From an uncultured Myxococcales bacterium (GTDB lineage Bacteria > Myxococcota_A > Polyangia > Fen-1088): a stretch of 54,677 nucleotides of DNA. The stretch is from contig CAZHUY010000004.1 of assembly GCA_964535465.1 (NCBI GenBank), positions 1-54,677 on the forward strand. Reading direction: 5' to 3'. This document shows, one piece after another, positions 41,965 through 50,815 of the stretch. Positions within the stretch are counted from its first letter, which is position 1. Every line of letters starts with the position of its first letter. Both the position numbers and the translations under genes were made by a program. The notes under the pieces are model-generated. The model made no database searches. It was not told where the DNA came from and was given only the letters and a program-made list of their open reading frames with translations.

Positions 41965-44754
41965 ATGTACCAATCCACCAAGCTCGTGATGTCCCTTGTC
42001 TTGCTCGCCAGTGTCTTCTGTGCGTGCGGCCAGGAGAAGAAGGTGCAGAGCGATGCTCTCGTTCTTGCGGACGCCGCCGCACCTGAGGCCGGCGGGGGCG
42101 CGTTTGATGGCTCGGCGGTTCTGGCGGACGCAAACCTGGATGCTCATGCTGGACCCACGCAGGTGGATGCACCCTGGACGGGGATGACGGATGGTTCGCT
42201 GGTTTCGGCGGATGGACTGGGCCGCGACACGTTCGGGGACAGGGCCGCCGACAGGGGCGCGGGTGATGCCCCGGACGTGGGTGCGGGCAAGGTGGATGCG
42301 GTCGTGGTCGACGCCAACCTGGGGCGGGATCTGGTTGGTCCCCGGCCTTCGACCTGTTTCGGTCGTCGCACCAATCTGACCGAGGATCCCATGAACTGCG
42401 GCGCCTGTGGAAACGTGTGTGAAGCCACTTGTTCGGAAGGGGTGTGCACCGAGGCCTGCCAGTTGCCGCTCAAACAGATAGGCAGCGGCGTGTGCGCTGA
42501 TCCGCGAAGCGACCCGCGCAATTGCGGGGGCTTTGGCTGCAACGCCGCCCAGGTCTGCCAAGAAGGTCGCTGCGAGACGATGTGCGAGCTGGGCAAGGCC
42601 CTGTGCGCGGGCGATTGCGTGATCCTGGCCATGGACAACAAGAACTGCGGCTCCTGTGGCCATGTTTGCCCGGCAGGGACCGGTTGTACGTCGGGGGGGT
42701 GTCTGTCCTGTGGACTTCTCTTCCCGGCGCTACCTGCCTTGGCGGCGCCCGAGAAGCCCTCCAGCGTGGTCAGCGCGGATCTCGACGGCGACGGCAAGCT
42801 CGACCTCGTCACCTTGGGCGAGGGCATCGCGACCTTCCTGGGCAAGGGGGATGGCACCTTCGCGGCCGAGCGCAGGCTGGCGGCGGACGTGGTCGGGCAG
42901 CTGGCGGCGGCGGACGTGGACGGCGACGGCAAGCTGGATGTGCTGGCGGCTTCGTCTGCGCGCGATGCCATCGTCGTGCTGCCGGGCTCGGGGGACGGCC
43001 TGTTCGGCCCGGCCCACAGCACGCCGGTGTCCGCGGCCGGCAAACCCCTGGTCGCCGATCTGAATGCGGACGGCCGGGTGGATGTGGCCGTCCTCGGGGC
43101 TGACAATGCGGTCAAGATCTTGCTGGGCGCAGCCGGTTTCGCTTTTGCCCCGGCCACCAGCTACGGCCTCGACAGCCCGGTGACCCTGCTGGAGAGCGGC
43201 GACCTGGATGGCGACGGCAAGGCTGATCTGGTGGTCGCGGGCGTGAAGGACGGCCGCATCCACGCCCTCTTCGGCGTAGGGGACGGCACATTCAAGGCGC
43301 CCCAGTTGCTGCAAACCGTGGAGGGCCTTTCGGCCTTGGCCGTGGGCGATTTGAACAACGATGGCAAAGCGGACATCGTCGTGGACGCGAACAACCAGGT
43401 TGTGGTTTTGCAGCGCCCGGCGAACCACTACCCGCAAGGCCGCGCGGGGATCTCTGTGCCCAAAGCGCAAGGACCGCTCATCCTTGCCGACGTGGACGCC
43501 GACGATCGATTGGATGTGGTGGTGGGCAGCGCGCCCCGCGGGACCGACGTGCACGTCCTTCTCTCGTCCAGCTATGGCCGCGTCTTGGGTTTGCCGCAGA
43601 CGACAACCGTGGGCGAGATGGACGCCATCGCCCTGGGCGACTTCGACGGGGACGGCCGTCTCGACGTGGCCAGGGCCAGCCGCATGTCAGAAGGCGTACG
43701 TATCTTTCTGGGCCTGGGTCAGGGGATCTTCCGTGGGGTGGGGGTCGAGGCGGGCGCGGCGCTCTCCGGCTTGATCGTCGCCGATCTGGATCAGGATGGC
43801 CTGGACGACATCCTGGGACACAAGACGGGGTACAACCTGCTCAGCATCTTCACCGGCAAGTACCGCTGGGATTCCGAGCAGCAATGGGACATCCCCGCCG
43901 ACGCGGGCTCGGTGTTTGCCGTGGCTGATCTGAACGGTGATGGCCGACAGGACATCGCTATCGGCAGCAACAGGGCCAAGAACCTCTGCTTGGTGCTGAG
44001 CAAAGCCGATGGCAGCCACACCACCGGCCTTTACAACTTCGACACCATGATGGACGCCTTGGTCCTGGGCGACTGGAACGGCGACGGCAAGATCGACTAC
44101 GCCGCCGCCAGCCGAGCCGCGAGCGACGTCACCGTGGTCCAGGGTCAGGGGGGCAACGGCTATGGGGACGCGACCCACTACCCCGTGCCCAGCGGTCCGG
44201 GCCAGATCTTCGCCGTGGACATGGACGGCGACGGCAAAAAGGACCTGCTGGTGGCTGGCTCGGGGTCGGTCAGTTATCTGGCCAGCAAGGGGGATGGCAC
44301 CTTTGCGACCGCCAAGAGCATCAGCGACGCGGGCATCTGGGCTGAGGTGGGCGACTTCGACGAAAACGGTATCGTCGATGTGGCCGTGCTTGGGTTGCGC
44401 GAGGACGTCTTATCCCCGGCCATCGGCGTGCTGCTGGGGAGCGGGGGTGGCGCTTTTGCCGCGCCCAAGCTCTATCCCTACGACGATCGCGCCGAGGTCT
44501 CCGACTTCTCGGTTGGCGACGTGGACGGCGACGGCCATTTGGACTTGATGCTGCCCGGCTCCAGAACCAACGGCATCACGTACTGGCTGGGCCGAGGCGA
44601 TGGCAGCTTCGCTCAGGCCAGCGCGCCCGGTGCCCCTTACACCCCGGCACGCCTTGCTGACCTGGACCATGACGGCCGGGCCGACCTGATCCTCTTCGAC
44701 CAGAACGGGTTCAGTGTGCTCAAGGCACCGAGGGACTGCGCAAGAACGCAGTAG
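41965..44754 (+). CDS. Large lipoprotein with Cys-rich NCGxCG modules and many FG-GAP/VCBS repeats
   Basis: I chose the start MYQSTKLVMSLVLLASVFCAC (lipobox) over the upstream ORF start at 41659. Three D-x-x-NCG-x-CG-x-x-C modules are present. At least 10 repeats of the D(L/V)(D/N)GDG(K/R)xD(L/V) type follow (ADLDGDGKLDLV, ADVDGDGKLDVL, ADLNADGRVDVA, GDLDGDGKADLV, GDLNNDGKADIV and others). Confidence 0.85.
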   Translation: MYQSTKLVMSLVLLASVFCACGQEKKVQSDALVLADAAAPEAGGGAFDGSAVLADANLDAHAGPTQVDAPWTGMTDGSLVSADGLGRDTFGDRAADRGAGDAPDVGAGKVDAVVVDANLGRDLVGPRPSTCFGRRTNLTEDPMNCGACGNVCEATCSEGVCTEACQLPLKQIGSGVCADPRSDPRNCGGFGCNAAQVCQEGRCETMCELGKALCAGDCVILAMDNKNCGSCGHVCPAGTGCTSGGCLSCGLLFPALPALAAPEKPSSVVSADLDGDGKLDLVTLGEGIATFLGKGDGTFAAERRLAADVVGQLAAADVDGDGKLDVLAASSARDAIVVLPGSGDGLFGPAHSTPVSAAGKPLVADLNADGRVDVAVLGADNAVKILLGAAGFAFAPATSYGLDSPVTLLESGDLDGDGKADLVVAGVKDGRIHALFGVGDGTFKAPQLLQTVEGLSALAVGDLNNDGKADIVVDANNQVVVLQRPANHYPQGRAGISVPKAQGPLILADVDADDRLDVVVGSAPRGTDVHVLLSSSYGRVLGLPQTTTVGEMDAIALGDFDGDGRLDVARASRMSEGVRIFLGLGQGIFRGVGVEAGAALSGLIVADLDQDGLDDILGHKTGYNLLSIFTGKYRWDSEQQWDIPADAGSVFAVADLNGDGRQDIAIGSNRAKNLCLVLSKADGSHTTGLYNFDTMMDALVLGDWNGDGKIDYAAASRAASDVTVVQGQGGNGYGDATHYPVPSGPGQIFAVDMDGDGKKDLLVAGSGSVSYLASKGDGTFATAKSISDAGIWAEVGDFDENGIVDVAVLGLREDVLSPAIGVLLGSGGGAFAAPKLYPYDDRAEVSDFSVGDVDGDGHLDLMLPGSRTNGITYWLGRGDGSFAQASAPGAPYTPARLADLDHDGRADLILFDQNGFSVLKAPRDCARTQ

Positions 44755-45850
44755 GGGAGCTCTCGTCGTCCGCCGGGCTACCGGCCAGGTCTGGGGACAG
44801 GGTCAGGCTGCCCGCGTCCAGGGCCATCTCGTAGTAGCCGTGCGGGTTCCACGGCAGGGCCTGACCATTTTGCGAAAGGGTCCCGCCGTCGACGCGGACG
44901 CGCAGGTATCTTCCGGGAGGAAAGTGCGCGGGCACGGCCCACGTCCAGGTGGTGATGGTGCCGGTCTTCTTGGGTTGGCAGGCCGTCACGAGTCTCTGCC
45001 CGCGCCAGTAGGCTGCCACCGCCACCATGCTGTCGATCCACACGTCGCCGCGCATCTTGGCGTAGTTCACGTTGGCGGCGAAGTCGGCGAACCTGATGGG
45101 CATGTAGGCGCCATCGTGGCCGCCCTCGAAGCCGTGCAACAGGAAGACGCGCCACTTACCGTTGGTGCGCGCGGTCTCCACTTGCGCATTGAGCATGCTG
45201 GCGGGGGCCTGTTGGGGTGGCCCATAGGCAGGAAGGTCGAACGGATCCACGTTGTCGCTTGCCCCGATGAGCCCGGGCACCACGCCGCGGTTGACCAGGA
45301 AGCGGCGGCCGGCGAGCGGCGGGTAGCTGGGATCGCCAAAGGGCGAGGCCATCGTCCAGGCGGTCACGCCAAAGCGGCGCTTGATGAAGTCGGTGGCGGC
45401 GTCGAGGTCACTGGCACGCCCGCTTTGCGCGTGACTCTTGCTGTGGTTGCCCAGCTCGTGGCCGTCCTTCAGCGCGCGCGCCCACACCGGGTTCGCGGCA
45501 TCGGGGCTGCCGGTGGTCAGGTAAAAGGTCACGGGCACGCCCAGCGCCTGCAGCTCGTCGTAGTGCTCGATCTGAGAGGAGGATCCGTCGTCGAAGGTGT
45601 AGGTCACCGCGGCCTTGAATCCCGCCCATGGCAGGACGATCAGATTCCCCGGTTTTCCCGCTGGTCGAGGCAGGTTGTCCGGCCCGGGTGGAATCGGGAG
45701 GCCCGATACATCGTCGGAGCGACGCACCCCGGTGTTGCCCTGTCCACGCTCGGCGCGGGTGGTTTGCTGGTCGGCGGCGTGGGGCAGCCGCCCGATGCAT
45801 GCCGAGGAGAGGACGATGAGGAGCAGGGCGGCGAAATGGTGGGAGGGCAT
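44720..45850 (-). CDS. Polysaccharide deacetylase (CE4, NodB-homology) lipoprotein
   Basis: I chose the start MPSHHFAALLLIVLSSAC (lipobox). Motifs: TYTFDDGS, HELGNHSKSH. The 3' end overlaps the convergent FG-GAP gene by 35 nt. Confidence 0.8.
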   Translation of the reverse strand: MPSHHFAALLLIVLSSACIGRLPHAADQQTTRAERGQGNTGVRRSDDVSGLPIPPGPDNLPRPAGKPGNLIVLPWAGFKAAVTYTFDDGSSSQIEHYDELQALGVPVTFYLTTGSPDAANPVWARALKDGHELGNHSKSHAQSGRASDLDAATDFIKRRFGVTAWTMASPFGDPSYPPLAGRRFLVNRGVVPGLIGASDNVDPFDLPAYGPPQQAPASMLNAQVETARTNGKWRVFLLHGFEGGHDGAYMPIRFADFAANVNYAKMRGDVWIDSMVAVAAYWRGQRLVTACQPKKTGTITTWTWAVPAHFPPGRYLRVRVDGGTLSQNGQALPWNPHGYYEMALDAGSLTLSPDLAGSPADDESSPTAFLRSPSVP

Positions 45851-45875
45851 GGCTAGGGGCAGGTATAGGCTAACC

Positions 45876-45898
45876 CGGAAAGCGGCCGCAAGGCGCTG
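45876..45898 (+). repeat. Right copy of the exact 23-nt direct repeat CGGAAAGCGGCCGCAAGGCGCTG
   Basis: Read directly from the sequence. It lies 26 nt beyond the CE4 deacetylase start codon, in the same orientation as the left copy. Confidence 0.9.
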
Positions 45899-45954
45899 CG
45901 AAGTCGCCTGGCCGGGGCGGATGACGTTCTCCAAGGCGAAGCTGCCCTCCGGCC

Positions 45955-46158
45955 AGCGTGGGCGTGAGCGTTAGCAACCAGCGTATCCCGGCTCGCGCGA
46001 CGGGCGAGCGAAGCGAGGGGGGACGGGGCGGGCCTTCCGTCCCGAAGCCCCTTAGGGAGGGCGGCTGGCGAGAGCGTGAGCGATCCGTGGGTCGCGGCTC
46101 GCGTGCCGCTTGCCCCCAAGGACACGCTCACGCCACCGCTCACGCCCACGCCCACGCT
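45955..46158. repeat. Nested inverted repeats built from GCGTGAGCG / CGCTCACGC units in a 357-nt non-coding spacer
   Basis: GCGTGGGCGTGAGCG (45956-45970) is the exact reverse complement of CGCTCACGCCCACGC (46137-46151). An inner pair is GCGTGAGCG (46075-46083) with CGCTCACGC (46125-46133). A GGGACGG...CCGTCCC hairpin sits at about 46019-46042. Confidence 0.7.
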
Positions 46159-46207
46159 AGCCGCGCGCCGGCCCCTCAGAGTTTCGCACTTTTCCGACAC
46201 GTCCTCG

Positions 46208-47401
46208 CTACGGGGCGGGCACGAGCTTGTGCAGGCACGCGATGACGTGGTCTTGTTCCTCGGGCTTCATGCCTTGGAAGAGGGGCAGGAGGATGGTGCG
46301 GTCGCGGGCTTGTTGGCTGGCTTCCAGACGACGGCACCAGCCCAGTTCGTGATCGGCGGGATCGCAGGGTTGCGAGCCGCAGGTCCAGGGAGCCTGGCGG
46401 TAGGCCGGTTGGGTGTGGGCGTTGTTGATGCCTCGGCGGGCGGAGATGCCGTGGTCTTGCAGCGAGCGCATGATCTCGGTTTGGCTCTTCTTGCAGGCTG
46501 GCCGCAGGGTCACGGCGTAGCTTTGCCAGTTGCTGCGCGCCCACGGCTGCTCGCTGGGCGGCTCCAGCCACGGGTGTTGGGCCAGGGCCTCGTGATAACG
46601 GGCGGCGAGAGCGCGGCGCTCTTTGATGATCGCGGGCAGGCGGGCCAGTTGGGGCCGGCCCACGGCGGCCTGCAGGTCGGTCATGCGGAAGTTGAAGCCC
46701 ACCTCTCTGTAGGTGTCGGCGGGGACGTGCATGGGATCCTTGGACGTGGTCATCTCCATGGCGTGCTGGCGCAGCAGGCGCAGGCGAGCGGCCAGGGCGG
46801 GATCGGCGGTGGTGATCATGCCGCCGTCGCCGGTGGTGATGACTTTGCGCGGGTGAAAGGAGAAACAGGCCAGCACGCCGTGCGGCCGACCGATGCGCTG
46901 CCACTCCTCGCCCATGCGGATCTCGCTGCCCAGGGCACAGGCCGCGTCCTCGATGACGGGGATGCCGCGCGCCTTGGCGATGGCCAGGATGGCGGGCATT
47001 TCCGCGGGGTGGCCGATCTGATGGACGACGAGAACGGCCTTGGTCGCCGGCGTGAGGGCGGCGCTCAGCGCCTCGGGATCCATGTTGAAGGTGGCAGCCT
47101 GGATGTCGACGAACAGCGGGCGCGCCCCTACGGCCAGCACCGAGTTCGCGGTGGCAATGAAGCTGTGGCTGACGGTGGCCACTGCGTCGCCCGGCCTCAC
47201 GCCCGCCACCCGCAGGGCCAGTTGCAGGGCCGTGGTGCAGTTGGATGTGGCCACCGCGTGCTTGGCCCCGACGGCCGCCGCGAATTCGCGCTCGAAGGCC
47301 GCCACCTCCTCGCCTTGGGCGATCCAGCCCGAACGTATGATCCGGCTGGCGGCCTCGACCTCCGCGTCGCCGAGCGCCAGGCGCATGATGGGGATGTCCA
47401 T
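46208..47401 (-). CDS. DegT/DnrJ/EryC1/StrS-family PLP-dependent sugar aminotransferase
   Basis: Motifs: GWIAQGEEVAAFEREFA, AVATSNCTTALQLAL, IPVIEDAACALGS, FSFHPRKVITTGDGGMI (PLP lysine). Confidence 0.85.
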   Translation of the reverse strand: MDIPIMRLALGDAEVEAASRIIRSGWIAQGEEVAAFEREFAAAVGAKHAVATSNCTTALQLALRVAGVRPGDAVATVSHSFIATANSVLAVGARPLFVDIQAATFNMDPEALSAALTPATKAVLVVHQIGHPAEMPAILAIAKARGIPVIEDAACALGSEIRMGEEWQRIGRPHGVLACFSFHPRKVITTGDGGMITTADPALAARLRLLRQHAMEMTTSKDPMHVPADTYREVGFNFRMTDLQAAVGRPQLARLPAIIKERRALAARYHEALAQHPWLEPPSEQPWARSNWQSYAVTLRPACKKSQTEIMRSLQDHGISARRGINNAHTQPAYRQAPWTCGSQPCDPADHELGWCRRLEASQQARDRTILLPLFQGMKPEEQDHVIACLHKLVPAP

Positions 47402-47495
47402 ACCTCTAGAATCGGGCCAAGGAACGATGGACGCAAGTTGCAGGTGGGTGGGGTCCCGGCGCTGAGGTCTGCTGGTCGTGCGCTAGACTGGCGCC

Positions 47496-47900
47496 ATGCA
47501 GATCGATGTCGCCACACCCGCCTTGCTGTTCCCAGCCATTACCTTGCTCCTGCTGGCCTACACCAACCGGTTCCTTGGCTTGGCCACGCTGATCCGCGGC
47601 CTGGCCGTCCGTTATGCCGAAACCCGCGATCGCGTCGTGCTGGGCCAGATCGAGAATCTGCGCCATCGGCTGTCTCTCATCCGCCGCATGCAGTCCTTCG
47701 CGGTTGTCGGGATCTTCGGCTGCGTGGGCTGCATGTTCTTGTTGTTCGCCGGCTGGACGCTGACAGGCAAGATCGTGTTCGCCATCAGCATGGTCTTGCT
47801 GATGATCTCGCTCGCCTTTTCCTTTCTCGAGATTCGGCTGTCGACCAAGGCGCTGGAGCTGGAGCTGTCTACCCTCGAGGATCGCGGACGCCAGGGGTAG
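47496..47900 (+). CDS. Small integral membrane protein, DUF2721-like
   Basis: 134 aa with three hydrophobic helices. PALLFPAITLLLLAYTNRFLGLATLIRGL followed by an amphipathic stretch resembles DUF2721. The family call is from memory only. Confidence 0.5.
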   Translation: MQIDVATPALLFPAITLLLLAYTNRFLGLATLIRGLAVRYAETRDRVVLGQIENLRHRLSLIRRMQSFAVVGIFGCVGCMFLLFAGWTLTGKIVFAISMVLLMISLAFSFLEIRLSTKALELELSTLEDRGRQG

Positions 47901-47920
47901 GGGGGCGGCCCCCACAAGTC

Positions 47921-50071
47921 TCACCTACCCGGGAGCCGGTGCGCCCCCAGGGTTTGCGTGCCGGTCTGAGTGACGGTGGCGGTCATGGTGGCGATGCGCG
48001 TCTCCGTGATGCTCACCGTGCCCGTGGCGGTTTGGGTGGTGGTGGCTGGGATGGTGCCGACGGTCGTGCCCGTGGCGGTGGCGGTGAGGGTGATGGGATC
48101 TGTGGCCGTGGTGCTGGCCGTGGCTGTCCCCGTCTTGATGACGGTGCCGGTGCAAGCCGTGTTGTTGCACAGGTGCAGGTTGTCCACCTCCAGAGCGCTC
48201 AACGTGTAGTCGTGGTAGATGCGCAACATCGAGACATCGCCAGCGAAGCGGACGGGGGTCTGGCTGGTGACGACGCACGGATCCTGAGTGTTGGTCAGAT
48301 CCCAACCGCTCATGTACCAGTAGCCCAGACAGTTGACGACGTTCGGGGTTGGTTGAGGGTTACGGAATGGGCTGCGCCCGGTGTTGGACACACTGTTCGC
48401 GCTGCCGTTCACGTAGAGCCGCCATGTGGTGCCTTGTTGGGTACAGACAATGTGCGACCACTGGTTGGGCGTCAGGAGGATGGTGTTGCTGGGCGGCGAC
48501 GTGTCCAGCGGCAGGCAAGCCGCATGGCCGCCGTCATCGATGTAGAGCTGAACATCGCCGAAGTTCCACGCCACGATGCTCTGCTTGCTTCCAGTGAACT
48601 GCGATGGCTTGACCCAGACACTGATGCTGAGCTGGCCGGTCGGGGTCGGGGTCCAGGCACAATCGCTGATGCGGCCGTGGCTGTTGGGGATCACGAAGCG
48701 GGTGCTGCTGGCAGAGAACAGATTGCCGTCTCCGGCCGCCACGCTGTACAGCGTCGCGTTGCAGGGCAGTTTCTTCTCGTACACGCCGGTGCCGCAGAAG
48801 TACCTGCCCGACTCATCTCCTCCTGCCGAATTGGCGAGCGGCAGATAGGTCATGGCCATAGCGGCCGCCGAGGAGGTCGCGGTGCTGGTGGACGCCGCGG
48901 TGCTGGTGGCGGTCACCGAATAGGTCAAGCTGATGGTTCGCGTTGCGGTCGCCGTCCTGGTGATGATGTCGGTGACGGTGCCGGTGGCCGTGCTCGGGAC
49001 GGTCACGTTGAAGCTGGTCGTGGTGCTGGCCGTGCCCGTGATCACCGCGGTGATGACGGTGGTTCCCACCATCGTCATCGTGCCGGTCTTGGTTGCGGTA
49101 CCCGTGCCGGTGCTTGTGCCGGTGCCCGTGCCGGTGCCTGTGCTGGAGCCCGTGCCGGTGCCTGTGCCGGTATTCGTGCCGGTACCGGTCTGGGCCGTGG
49201 CCACGGATGTTTGCGTGGCCGTGGAGCTGGGTCCGGTGGCGGTCGCGCTTGAACCGGTGACCGTCGCCGTGGCCTGGCCGGTCGTCGAAATCTCTGTTCC
49301 CGTGGCCCCGGTGGACGTCCCTGTTCCCGTCGAAGTGCTGGCAGGGGGCTGACCCGTTTCGCTCCCCGTTCCCGTCTCGGTCATCACGCTGCCGGTCCCG
49401 CCTTCAGTCGCCGTCTCGGTGGTTGTTCCGGTCGACACGGGCGTGTCCAGCGCGCTGTCGCGGGAAGCGTCAGCGCTGGCCAACGGAGTGTCTTGGGCGG
49501 CATCCTTGGCTTGGTCTCCGCCAGCCTCCCGCGCGTCGCCGTCGTTCGCATCGGCGACGCTGGCATCGGGGCTGGATGGCGGGGGGATCAACCCCGGCTG
49601 GTAGACGGGCAGGTCTTCACCCTTCACCGTCTCGGGCTGGCACCCATTGGGGCCGCAGGTCAGGCCGGAGGAGCACGCCCGATCCCTGCACGAGGCCAGC
49701 AGAGACAGGTCGATGACGACTCTCTTGTCCGGAACGAACGACAGCACAGCGCTTCGAACCACGACCAGGACCTGACCCAGCAGGCCCTGCACCTCGATCC
49801 TGATGGCGGCTTGGCTGTTGTTGGTGGGGTAGAGGCCCTCGCGCACCGGCAGCATCACCCGTTCGGTGCCCGGCCCCAACATGAACGTGTATTCATGCAG
49901 CGGCGTTTGTGTGACCGCCGAGGTGGTCTTGATCGTGATCCGATCGATGTCGGCGGGGACGGCCAGGTCCGATTGAACGTAGACGATGATGGCCGTGTCC
50001 TTGTCTTGGTCGCCTTGGCAGGCAAGCGCGAGCGTCAAGGCGAGCAGGGGCAGAAGGTTGCGTGGCTTCAT
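47921..50071 (-). CDS. Lipoprotein with long Thr/Gly/Ser-rich low-complexity regions and a LamG/concanavalin-like lectin domain
   Basis: I chose the start [18 protein letters not shown] (lipobox); it shares one nt with the upstream stop. The central tract of about 230 aa is dominated by T, G, S and A ([31 protein letters not shown]). The LamG-like core is [35 protein letters not shown]...[20 protein letters not shown]. The C-terminal tail is Thr-rich. Confidence 0.75.
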   Translation of the reverse strand: MKPRNLLPLLALTLALACQGDQDKDTAIIVYVQSDLAVPADIDRITIKTTSAVTQTPLHEYTFMLGPGTERVMLPVREGLYPTNNSQAAIRIEVQGLLGQVLVVVRSAVLSFVPDKRVVIDLSLLASCRDRACSSGLTCGPNGCQPETVKGEDLPVYQPGLIPPPSSPDASVADANDGDAREAGGDQAKDAAQDTPLASADASRDSALDTPVSTGTTTETATEGGTGSVMTETGTGSETGQPPASTSTGTGTSTGATGTEISTTGQATATVTGSSATATGPSSTATQTSVATAQTGTGTNTGTGTGTGSSTGTGTGTGTSTGTGTATKTGTMTMVGTTVITAVITGTASTTTSFNVTVPSTATGTVTDIITRTATATRTISLTYSVTATSTAASTSTATSSAAAMAMTYLPLANSAGGDESGRYFCGTGVYEKKLPCNATLYSVAAGDGNLFSASSTRFVIPNSHGRISDCAWTPTPTGQLSISVWVKPSQFTGSKQSIVAWNFGDVQLYIDDGGHAACLPLDTSPPSNTILLTPNQWSHIVCTQQGTTWRLYVNGSANSVSNTGRSPFRNPQPTPNVVNCLGYWYMSGWDLTNTQDPCVVTSQTPVRFAGDVSMLRIYHDYTLSALEVDNLHLCNNTACTGTVIKTGTATASTTATDPITLTATATGTTVGTIPATTTQTATGTVSITETRIATMTATVTQTGTQTLGAHRLPGR
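49085..49192 (-). repeat. Imperfect hexanucleotide (ACC-GGC)n microsatellite-like tract encoding (Thr-Gly)n inside the LamG lipoprotein gene
   Basis: The plus strand reads GTGCCG GTGCTT GTGCCG GTGCCC GTGCCG GTGCCT ... The minus-strand translation is [36 protein letters not shown]. Confidence 0.8.
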
Positions 50072-50745
50072 CACGGCTGAATTCCTGCTGTTTCGTTGCA
50101 GTCGGGGCAGAAGTTGGAGGTCTTCTTGCCAGTGGTCAGCAGGACCGCGGTGACGATTCCGCCCGCCACCACCGCGCCCGCCCCGGTCCAGAACCACCAA
50201 GTCTTATAGATCGGTGTCGAGGTCGCGGCGGGCTCGGGCGCCTGGCTGGTCAGGTCCAACGCCTCCGGCTGCGGCGGTGTCGCCGGCGGTGGCGGTGTTC
50301 CTGGTCCTGCCACAGGCACGGGGACAGGCGTGGTCACGGTCTGGGGCGGCGAAGGCTCGACGGGCGTCGCCGTCGTTTTCTGCTCGACGATCAGCTTCTC
50401 CAGTTCCTCCACGCGGCGATCGACCTCTTCTCGGTTGGGCGCATCGGGGCGGCGGCGCAGGTAGCTCTTGTAGAAGTCGATGGCGTCCTGGTTGTGGCCC
50501 AGCTTGCGCTCGCACTGTGCGATGTTGAAGAGGAACACCGGATCCCCGGACAACCGGTAGGCCTCGCGAAATCCTTCCAAGGCTTCGGCATACTCCTTCA
50601 GGTCGTACCGGCGCGCCGCGTCCTGGTAGCGGGCCTTGGCTTCCGCCTGCTCATCCGGGCTGGCCGCCCAGACGGGGGAGAGCGGAGTGGCCAGGATCAG
50701 CAACAGGGTCAGGAAGAACCCAAGGTGCGGAGAGGGCACGCGCAT
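50071..50745 (-). CDS. Secreted TPR-like protein with Pro-rich linker and C-terminal membrane anchor
   Basis: Signal peptide ([18 protein letters not shown]). TPR-like helices ([57 protein letters not shown]). Pro/Thr-rich linker. TM anchor [22 protein letters not shown]. Confidence 0.7.
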   Translation of the reverse strand: MRVPSPHLGFFLTLLLILATPLSPVWAASPDEQAEAKARYQDAARRYDLKEYAEALEGFREAYRLSGDPVFLFNIAQCERKLGHNQDAIDFYKSYLRRRPDAPNREEVDRRVEELEKLIVEQKTTATPVEPSPPQTVTTPVPVPVAGPGTPPPPATPPQPEALDLTSQAPEPAATSTPIYKTWWFWTGAGAVVAGGIVTAVLLTTGKKTSNFCPDCNETAGIQP

Positions 50746-50815
50746 GGCAGGTGCCAGAATAACCCCGCGACGGGAATGACACTAGGGGGGATGTCCCCCC
50801 TCCCTCGGTCCGGGA

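Noticed and set aside
46076-49252. 1058-aa ORF on the plus strand, the longest ORF in the track
   Set aside because: It runs antisense to two well-supported minus-strand genes (the DegT aminotransferase and the LamG lipoprotein) and across the DUF2721-like gene in a different frame. Its translation is Arg/Gly/Ala-rich with no motifs. This is the typical shadow ORF of GC-rich DNA.
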